Shown: positions 1 to 9,614, numbered from the stretch's first letter. The stretch: DNA of 25,177 bases from Zygophlyctis sp. KS116 (GCA_054661495.1 BAAFSQ010000139.1:1-25177); one strand, 5' to 3'. Notes: generated by a model from the letters alone, not told the origin. Numbers and translations are program-made.

Positions 1-110
1 ATAGCCAAATCAGCAGATTTTGATCTATTAATAGCATTTTCAATGATGCATCTGACTCATTTGATGCATTTACAATCAAGTGACTCAACTGCCTCATACC
101 AATACCGACG

Positions 111-153
111 ATGGCAGACATGGCAGACGATGACCGCCAATGCCACCGCCAAT
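111..153 (+). repeat. Short GC-rich direct repeats upstream of the first gene
   Basis: ATGGCAGAC at 111-119 and 120-128; ACCGCCAAT at 133-141 and 145-153. Confidence 0.6.
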
Positions 154-206
154 AAGTCTCTCGGGAAGAATGGCTTCGGGATTTTAAAGCTTTCTGTAAT
201 TCTGTA

Positions 207-860
207 ATGGGAATAGACGATGAATATATTTCAGAGGATGATCTAGCCCAATCTTATACTGATAATGTAAAATTACTGATTTCAGCAATAATCAATTTAC
301 CAGTTTGGACTAGAGTTTTCTACACAGCTCAAATTGTAAATATTAATACTATAATTCTAGATTCTAGGAATAATATTATCTATTCTATCAAAAGATGTAG
401 TAATTTGGGTTTTTGGACTTAAAATCGTGTTGGATTTACTATTTATAATTTTAGAACTTTATCAAAAAGAATTTACACAAAGGAAATGGATAAAGTTGAC
501 TGTAAGACTTAAGAATTTATAAATTTAGGCATTCTTATCAACTGCATCTACTACAATAATGATTGGAGTATTTTATCTATATTATGGATATGGATCTTTT
601 GGAAATACTCATCATTGTGCCATGGCGTGTAATATTAATTATCCATCTTCAAGAATTTGTGAAAATAGTAATAACTGTACTATACAACAATTTAATGATT
701 TTATAAATACTCAAACTAAACTAGACTTGAATACATGGTATTGTATGGGATTTTTATTGTCAGATGTAAGTTTGTAAAGTAATTTTAGGTGATTTTGTTG
801 CATTTACAAACAGGAGAATTAGTAGAATATATTTCTCTTGGATATTTTTCAGGAATCTAA
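207..860 (+). CDS. Hypothetical multi-pass membrane protein with Cys-rich loop (about 192 aa, 4 exons; true start may be further upstream)
   Basis: Exons 207-335, 361-501, 529-765 and 789-860 join in frame through GT-AG introns 336-360 (25 nt), 502-528 (27 nt) and 766-788 (23 nt). The product has several hydrophobic segments (ILGIILSILS, VVIWVFGLKIVLDLLFIIL, IMIGVFYLYYG, WYCMGFLLSDVILL) and a loop HHCAMAC...RICENSNNC. The frame is open back to 156. No family recognised. Confidence 0.6.
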
Positions 861-1299
861 TGCCCAACTATTCTCTTTAAGAATGGCAGCTTGTTCTTCA
901 TTTGTAAAATCGTTTTCTAATTGAAGCATTTCTCTAATTTGAGAAGAGGTTTTTCCACTAATACGATGAGCGATTTCAAGTGTTCCGGCTTCTAATAAAG
1001 ATTTAATATCTAAATAGTTGGCTGCTAGAATTAAATCCATGAGATCAAGAGATTCAATCTTGACAAGGAAATCCTAAAATTATTATAATAAATTATACTT
1101 GTTTGCATGGAGTAGAACAATACTCTAAAACAAGAGATAATACAGATGATTTTACATTATGAAGTGGAATAATGGAATTTGAGGTTTCATTTAAATCATT
1201 ACACATTGTTTTTAATAGATCGGACTGAAAGGCAATACATTTCTCAACTTCAAAAGAAATAGAATCACTAGAAAGTAGAGTGATCTTTTCACCATTCAT
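849..1299 (-). CDS. SKP1: SKP1-family SCF adaptor, divergent (141 aa, 2 exons)
   Basis: One intron, 1074-1098 (25 nt). BTB/POZ N-terminus KITLLSSDSISFEVE...IPLHNVKSSVLSLVLEYC, and C-terminal LILAANYLDIKSLL...GKT...IRE...NDFT.EE...KENSW, which are SKP1 hallmarks. Confidence 0.9.
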
Positions 1300-1328
1300 T
1301 ATTGACAGTTTACAAGGCTTAAGACGAG

Positions 1329-3430
1329 TTATTGACCATCATAAGCCTCAAACGTAGAAATTGCAATGGCAAAGGCTTCAAGTGGGGTCATTGGCCATCG
1401 GACATCCAATGAAAATTCATCAGGTCCACATCTTCCAAATTGCATAAAAATAAAATCATCTATTTAATTAAATGGAGTTTAAAATACCTTGGGTTTCAGC
1501 AGAAATTAACTGAAGATTCTTGACTGATGGTTGAGTTACTCTACCACCAAAATTTAAACAATGAGATTGTGTTGTTTCATTCCATCTAGGATTCTTATTA
1601 CGAAGTTGAGCCCATTTAACCGTGTTTTTTGATTTCATATCAAACAGTATATCAGAAGGTTCAAATGTTCCCTACAAAAATTAAATTATTGAGATTACTT
1701 CATTTTCAGGTAAATCAGAATTAGGTATAGCTACAGATAAAACTCTCGGTAATACATTTTTAGTCTAAAAGTTAAAATTTAGAAAATATACATATTGAAC
1801 ACATGCCAACTCTTTCATTGGAGCATCAGGGTTAGATGATGTATAACTTCTTGCATCACAGAGAATAAAAGTATTTCTTCCAAAATTTCCTTTAAGTCGT
1901 CCAAGATAGTGATTTGAATTTTTAGAGGTTTCTTCAATAGAGTCGCTAATCACATAAGTTGCTAAAGCAGACTTTTTGCGTTTTCTAGCAGATAAAATAA
2001 AAGAATTATCTATATCATTATGCATGTAGAATGTAGGATAAGCTTTTTCTAATAGTGTTGATTGTCTAAAGATGCGACATCTTAAAACTTGATCTTTTGG
2101 GATTCGGCTAATTATTAAGTTAAAGATAGAATACTAGAAAACAGAGTCAACATTTAAAATTGGCTTAATTGATGATGAGGAAATTTGATCAACATTTGTT
2201 AAAGGGCCTTCATCATTAGAAGATTCAGCAATATCAGTAGGGATATGTTTAATTAATTCATCAGAAGAGGCTCTAGGTGGAAGAGGAGGAGCGTCTGTAT
2301 TTTCCAATTCGTTTGTAATAATGTCTGTTTCTCTATATTCAATATTAGATTCTTGTGTGATTTCTTTTTGAGGAAGTTGCGGTAAAGTTTTAATGTTCGT
2401 ATTTGGTGTCTCTGTTTTTTGAATGACTGGAGCTTCTCTAGTCTTTTTGCTTGCAGCCGTCCGAATAATGTCTTGTTCATTTTTCTTTGAAGATTGATGC
2501 AATGAGTCTACTAATCCATTACATAAAATTAGATATTACATTTGGGCTTTTCACTAACTTGAATATTATCTTTATCTGTTTTTGAATCACTAAAAGACTT
2601 TGAATCTTTAGCTTTTTCTATTTCCCCTGACCATCCAGATTTTAGAGGCGATGGCCGTTTCTGAGATTCAACATTTGTTTTTAATCTTGTTTCCACTTCA
2701 GTTGGTTTATTTGCAGTTGAATCAAATCTAACTTCCTTTTTAGGACTTGATGATCCTTTAAAAGTAACCTTTTCTTGAATTTCTGACTCTATAGTATTCG
2801 CTTCTTGGTATATTGGAGCCACTTCAACTTTGATACACGTTTCTTTGAATGGTAACTTTCTTGGACTTAGATCTTGTATTTCTTTTTTCTTTGAGATGAA
2901 ATCTTGATATCCAGCACTTTCTAAAGATGTATTCCAATCAAGAATTCCATCATTGAAAGTTGCATATTCTTCAACCTTTGAATCCATCATTCCAACATTT
3001 TTGGCAAGTTCCTTTTTTGGAGTTATTGGTCTCAATTTTGGCGCTTCATTTGACATGATTCCAGTAGCGATCCTACTTTTAGGCCTTGATTTAACTTTAA
3101 TAGGAGTTTGAGTCGCCAATTGCTCTATAATAGAGTCTGATCTATCCATTCCAGTATCTGTTGAAGAACAGAGATCATCATTTGCCTCCATTTCAAGACT
3201 CTTTCTTAGTCTATTATAAATCTTGTATTGTGATGCTATTATAAATTTAATATTATAAATACCAATTTCAGGATTTTCACTTATATCGGCTTTTCCAGGC
3301 TTCCGTCCGGTCGCAGAGAAAAATCCATGTTCATATTCCTTGATGATCTTTTTTATGACTATCAGTTGCTGTTTTGTATTATCCAGTTGATTCTCTACAG
3401 ATTAGATTATAAATTACCTGATTTCATCAT
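1329..3430 (-). CDS. Tubby-domain protein with N-terminal Sld2/RecQ4-N-like domain and long disordered linker (about 636 aa, 8 exons)
   Basis: Introns (plus-strand coordinates) 3395-3417, 3236-3262, 2508(or 2511)-2539, 2108-2134, 1765-1791, 1672-1698 and 1460-1487 give one continuous frame. Tubby motifs: [72 protein letters not shown]...[13 protein letters not shown]-terminus: [43 protein letters not shown]. Confidence 0.88.
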
Positions 3431-3431
3431 C

Positions 3432-3439
3432 GCGGCAAA
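3432..3439 (-). promoter_or_regulatory. E2F-consensus-like octamer TTTGCCGC
   Basis: Matches TTTSSCGC and lies 1 nt upstream of the ATG of the Sld2N-Tubby gene. The same octamer also occurs upstream of oxidase copy 3 (7757-7764), so specificity is uncertain. Confidence 0.3.
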
Positions 3440-3942
3440 TGTTTAGTGTGGCCCGAGTAGATCTCTGATGTCATGAGTGCATTACTCATTCCGCTCACGA
3501 CGACTTATAAGCATTTCTAGCAGTAAATCGTTGGATATAAGATATTTTGATGACGCTCTAGTATTGATTTTATTATGAAAACTATACAATATTTCTTAAG
3601 TTTCGAATTTCACAGAGTATTTGTCGAGAGTTCCATTCTCTTTTCTTACACCAGAGACATATCTACATGGAAAAATAACTAATCATAATACAACGCATTA
3701 ATGAGAAACATAGTAATCACAGTGGAAACTAGAGATGTGACAAGACTGTTTAATGGGCTTCAGTGTAACTATGATGCTCTGCATTTTCAGAGTACGATTA
3801 AGACTGGAGGATCCTGTCCCAATTGTGAAATATAAATGGCCTTGATATTTATTATCTTGTAATTTCAGATAACCAATAATGCTTATAGCACAGAAGCAGA
3901 TCTGATCAATAATGAGTCAAAAAGTCTGAAAATTCTTCTAAA

Positions 3943-5775
3943 ATGTTTCTGATTGGATTGATTCTTCCTATTGCTCTATCGCAAGGAATCATTGGTAGTT
4001 GGGATGTTATCGGTACTTCTGGAGTAGTTTGCATTCATACGATGCTATTGCCAAATTCTAAACTGTTGTGTATGGAAAGACCTCACATGCCTCCTTATTC
4101 TATAAACTCTCAAACAAATGGAAATACTGTCGTTGAGATTGATCTGAAAGGAGGGCAGCCAATTGATGGATCTTGGCAGGCAATATGGCAACAAAAGCCA
4201 ACAATCTATAATACATTTTGTGCAGGGGTAAGTCAATTATTACTAAATATAGCATGTTCAATTGGGTAATGGATCTATACTTGTTATCGGCGGAGATAAT
4301 CAGTCAATGTCAATGAATGGGGTTGATTATATAGTGGATGGAAGAGCTACACGTCAAATATATGATCCGGTTACTGGATCTTGGAATTACTTGCCTCATA
4401 TGACTACAAATAGATGGTATCCAACTGTAGTGACAATGAAGGATGGAAAGTAACTTTTTTCCTTGACGAGAATAGTGCAATTATTTTTTCAGGTACAACA
4501 GCTAATTTGGACTTTGATTTGGTTGCTAAAGGAGAAAATAATAATAATCCTACATATGAATATTGGCCTGCAAAATCAGGGAATTGGCCTATGGAATTAG
4601 ACATCCTCAAATGGGCTTATCCACATGTTTTATATCCAATGGCTTTTCAACTTCCTTCTGGAGGAATATTCTTATTGGTGTCAAATAAAACAATCATTAT
4701 TGATCCAGAAACTGATCGGATTTCTTATTCTGTGCCTGATATGCCTGAAATGGATCATTCTCCTTGGATTTATCCTCATTCACCGCATATGATTATGTTG
4801 CCTCTGTCAAAGGATACAGGTTATAAGGCTATTTTACAGATTTGTGGTGGTTCTACTCTAGCTGTGACTCAAGATATATCTGATAAACCTGCTTCACCGA
4901 TGTGCTGGAGAATAAATCCAGATGATAGTAATCCTACTTGGACAAGAGTAGATGACATGCCTCATGCTAGAGTTATGCTTGATGGTGTATTACTTCCAGG
5001 TATTTTATTTTAATTGAATTCAGATGGGAAAATTCTGTATCTTAATGGTGCTGCATTTGGTGTAGCTGGAGGAAACCAAGGTCAAGTTATGTACGCTCGT
5101 GACCCTGTTTTTGCTGTAGACTTGCATGATCCTTTTGCTCCATCTGGTTCACAATGGACTAGTCTTGCAAATGCATCTATAGCTCGTTTATATCACGACG
5201 GAGCTCTTCTTTTAGAGACTGGACATGTTATTACTTTTGGAAGTGAAATGAAGAATTACATGGATTATTACCCATTTAGAAAATCTTCCTTGTGTTTCCC
5301 AGCTACAGAAACTGTTTGTTCAGATGCTTTTGAATATCGAATTGAACGATTTACTCCTCCATATTTACTCACTGGGAAGCCAAGACCTGTGATAAAGGAG
5401 GCCCCTTCATTTTTGACTCATGACTCAACCTTTAAAATAACTATGGAATCTCCTGATAAAGTTGATCGTGTTACATTTATACGATACAGCACTACTACTC
5501 ATAATCTAAATACTGATCAACGTTTTATTGAATTAGAGATCTTGGGTAAATTAGGATCAACAGTATATCTCCAAATGCCTCCTAATTCAGCGATTGCTCC
5601 TCCTGGAAACTGGCATTTATTTGCATTATCTCAGGGTGTTCCTTCGGTTTCTAAAACCGTGAATCTACAAATTGGGGACTCAACACGCATTGAAATTCCA
5701 AAGAAGGCAAGGAATGGATCAATGTCATTAGTAAATTGTCTTTGGATTTTGTCCTTGTTAGTGGCAATTTTATAA
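3943..5775 (+). CDS. Copper radical oxidase, glyoxal oxidase-like (CAZy AA5_1), copy 1; signal peptide plus GPI-like tail (585 aa)
   Basis: Introns 4228-4252, 4450-4475 and 5000-5023. Cofactor/ligand motifs FCAGH (Cys), RWYPT (Tyr), RLYHD (Tyr-His) and STTTH (His). C-terminal Ig-like domain with APPGNW. N-terminal MFLIGLILPIALS-QG. Hydrophobic C-terminus LVNCLWILSLLVAIL. Confidence 0.92.
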
Positions 5776-5965
5776 TACTTTATTCATAATTTTTAAAGTT
5801 GACTCTCTTGTACTTTAATGGCTTTAGTCATCATGGATAAACATGATTCATTGATTCGATCGAAAAGCCCACAAAATTTTCCCTTGTTCATGAAAATTCT
5901 CGATCCCGCCGCATTCATAGATTGACGACTGAAAATTTTGCTGTGGCACTTTAGCGGCTTTAAAA

Positions 5966-7711
5966 ATGTCTCTGGGTTCATGGAATGTGATAGGAATGAG
6001 TGGAGCTGTATGCTTACATTCGATCCTCTTGCCAAACAATAAAATACTCTGTATGGAGCGGCCAAGACCATCGCCGTATCCAATGAATCCATATACGAAT
6101 GGTATACTTTTTTCTTTAATATTTAGGATCAATGGTTACAGAAATCAGTCTTATGGACGGAAGTGGAAATTATAATCCAACTTACAAAAGTGTTCCTTAC
6201 CCAACATCTGCATTCTGTGGAGGACATGCTCAAATGGCTAATGGTTCAATTTTAATGTTTGGGGGGGATGTAACCTCAATTCCAAACATTGTATCAGATG
6301 GAACTAAAAGTCGGCGTATATATACTCCTTGCGATGGAAAGGATTGTACAGGGAGATGGAGTACTCTTCCTGATATGGCTCATGGGAGATGGTATCCAAC
6401 AGTTGTGACTTTGGCTGATGGTACAAACATAATTTTTACTGGTGTATATGATTACTTGGATGATAAAAGAACTGATAATAATAATCCCACTTATGAATAT
6501 TGGCCTCCAAAAGAAGGAAAAGGAGAAATTGAAATGGAAATTTTTAAATGGGCGTTTCCTTTTCATCTCTATCCTCCAGCTTTTCAATTACCTGGTGGAG
6601 ATGTCTATCTTTTTGTAGCAAATAAATCAGTTCTTCTGGATACTAAAACGGAGCAGGTTAAAAATAGTATACCAGATTTATTGGCTGATGATCATCAACC
6701 TTGGATTTATCCTTTTTCTGCAAATATGGTGATGTTACCTCTATCTCCGGCTAATAATTATAAGGCCACTTTACAAATTTGTGGTGGATCTAAACGTTCA
6801 AGTGAAATTGCATCGTCAGATTGTTATCAAATAACCCCTGAGGATCCAGTTTCTAAATGGAAAAAAGTTGACAGTATGCCACATGGTCGTGTGATGATTG
6901 ACGGTGTTTTAGTATTTTTTAATCTTTTTTTAATATTTAGCTCCCTGATGGAACTTACTTGGTTGTAAATGGTGTTGGATGGGGGCGCGCAGGTGGTTTG
7001 TATGCTGCTGATTCACGATGGGCGAAGGATCCAGTTTTCCATGCTGATTTATTTGATCCTAAAGCTCCTTCAGGACAACAATGGCTAACTTTGGCTAAAG
7101 CATCAGTCTCTCGCCTATATCATTCAACTGCTATTCTTCTTGAAACAGGTGAAGTACTTACTGCAGGAACTGAATTTCAAAATTATGTGGATATGGATGG
7201 GCCTCGTGCTGCAGCTTGCTTTCCTAATGTCAATGTTATGTGTACTAATCCTTTTGAATATCGCTTAGAAGTTTTTACTCCGCCATATCTACAAACTGGA
7301 AAACCGAGACCGACTATTTTATATGCTCCAAAAAATTTAACATACAAGTCTTCCTTTATGATTAAACTTAAATCATCAGGGACTATCAGTAAAATTTCTT
7401 TTGTTAGATATGGCAGTAGCACACATAACATCAATACAGATCAACGATTAGTGGAATTGCAAAATTTAGGCCAGAAACAAGATGAATTATATCTAAGAGC
7501 TCCTCCTTCTGGATCTATTGCACCGCCGGGTAATTGGATGCTATTTGTATTTCAGGATGGTGTGCCATCAATTGCAAAGACTATAAGACTTGAAAATGGT
7601 CCAGAAACTTTTGTTAATGTTCCAGTAGACGCTAGAATTTCTCACGCCTACAAAGTAGATATTGCATTTCAAGTATTAATGATTTTGATCGCTGCATTTT
7701 TCCTGTTGTAA
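5966..7711 (+). CDS. Copper radical oxidase, glyoxal oxidase-like (AA5_1), copy 2; no visible signal peptide (563 aa)
   Basis: Introns 6102-6126 and 6912-6940. Motifs FCGGH, RWYPT, RLYHS, SSTH and APPGNW. Hydrophobic C-terminus IAFQVLMILIAAFFLL. The ATG is in AAAATG context, as in copy 1. Confidence 0.9.
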
Positions 7712-7816
7712 TAAAATTCATTATGACATATGATTTGCGTTTTTATCATCTGATCGGCGGCAAAATTTATGGCGTGGAAACGCCACGATCTATTCCAAAA
7801 TTAACTCCTGCTGAAA

Positions 7817-9563
7817 ATGTCAACAATGGGATCTTGGGATGTAATTGGAACATCTGGAGCTGTTTGCATTCATACATTCTATCTTCCTTTAAACCGCATT
7901 GCATGCATTGAGCGCCCGCATGAAGCACCTTTTCCTCCGAACAGCAATACTAATGGAAATCCTGCTACTGAAGTTAGACTCACCAATGCTGATGGGGCTT
8001 GGGATGCAAAATGGAATTCTGTGCCAATTGCCTCCAATGCTTTTTGTGGAGGCCATGCACAAATGGGTGACGGATCAATCTTATTTGTGGGTGGAGATGC
8101 TAGAATTGACACTGGACTTCAAGATGGTAGACGATCAGTTAGACTTTACACTCCTTGCAACACTACAGAATGTGTATCTGGAAGTTATAGTGAATTGTAT
8201 CAAATGACATCCGAAAGATGGTATCCGACTGTAGTCACACTCAAGGATGGAACAGCTATCATTATTTCAGGAACAAAGGATAACTTGGACTTGAATAATA
8301 TGAAGCCAATTTCAAATCCTACATATGAGTATTATCCTCCAAAAACTGTTGGTGAATGGCCTAAAAAGCTTGATATATTGGAGTGGGCTTTCCCATTTGT
8401 TCTTTATCCTATGGCTTTTCAATTGCCTTCTGGAAATCTTTTCTTATTTGTCTCTAACAAGTCCATTATTCTGGATACTAAAACAGATGAAGTCTTCAAT
8501 ACAATTCCAGATCTAGTTGTGCCGAATCACTGGCCATTCATTTATCCTGCATCTCCTCACATGGTAATGCTTCCTCTAACAAAGAAAAACAATTATGTTG
8601 CAACATTTTTGTTGTGCGGTGGAAGTGAAATTGGAAGTCAAGGTGAAGTTTATAGTTCAAAGAAATGTTTTAAAATTACTCCAGAAAGTCAGAATCCAAC
8701 ATGGTCCCAAGAAGATGATATGCCTGCCCAACGAGTCATGCTTGATGGAGTTATTCTACCAGGTATGAAGTAAATTTTTAATAATAGATGGAAAAATTCT
8801 TTACGTAAATGGTGCAGGCTATGGTTTAGCCGGAGGATCTCAAGGTGGGGATACATCAATCGCAGGAGATCCAGTCTTTGAATCTTCGCTTTATGATCCT
8901 GAAGCTCCTTCTGGATCCAAGTGGTCTAATTTGCCAAAGTCAACCGTAGCAAGGCTCTATCATTCCGGGGCAATCTTGACAACTGAAGGATTTGTCGTTA
9001 CAACCGGATCTGAAATGCAAAATTATCTCGATGCTGACCCAAATTGTTTCCCAAAAGGTCTTAAAAACATATGTACTTCCCCATATGAATATAGAATCGA
9101 GAGATACACACCATACTATTTGACAACTGGAAAGCCCCGACCCGCTATAATTTCTGCGCCATCAGAATTGACATTTAATTCCTCATTCTTAATTGAAATT
9201 AAAACCGGTACTGGTATAGATAAAGCCACTTTGATTAGATATTCTACAACTACTCATTACACAAATACAGATCAGAGATATGTTGAGCTGGATGTCATTG
9301 GATTATCAGATAGTAAAGTAGGACTTAGAATGCCAGCAAATGGTGCTATTGCCCCTCCTGGAAACTGGATGCTTTTTGTTCTTAAAGAAGGAGTCCCTTC
9401 AGTTGCCAAAACAATACGTTTGCAAGATGGACCCCAACAAGATATTGCTGAAGCTGACATGAAGTCTCTACGTCCTCTTAAAAACTCTGCCAAGGATCTT
9501 AAAATAGAAAGATCACTTTGGATTACTATTTTCTCTCTATGTATGCTCACCTGGATTTTTTAG
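7817..9563 (+). CDS. Copper radical oxidase, glyoxal oxidase-like (AA5_1), copy 3; no visible signal peptide (573 aa)
   Basis: One intron, 8763-8787. Motifs FCGGH, RWYPT, RLYHS, STTTH and APPGNW. Hydrophobic C-terminus LWITIFSLCMLTWIF. Confidence 0.92.
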
Positions 9564-9614
9564 AACTTGCTACAATGAATAAATTAGGTTTGCAATGACC
9601 CTAAGCGATTGGCA

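Noticed and set aside
1299-1331. Tubby-SKP1 translational fusion by stop readthrough
   Set aside because: The two CDSs are in different frames, and the spacer's only GT has no AG acceptor before the SKP1 ATG.
4045-9550. Antisense and alternate-frame ORFs over the oxidase array (4045-4236, 4404-4610, 5793-6092, 5848-6132, 6294-6587, 7183-7434, 7723-7911, 7879-8112, 7899-8207, 8325-8516, 9272-9550)
   Set aside because: These are shadow ORFs of well-supported genes and carry no recognisable motifs.
9575-9614. Upstream ATGs (9575, 9595) as the AAA ATPase start
   Set aside because: Both hit stops within 8 codons and no in-phase intron of normal size joins them to the main frame. They could at most be uORFs.
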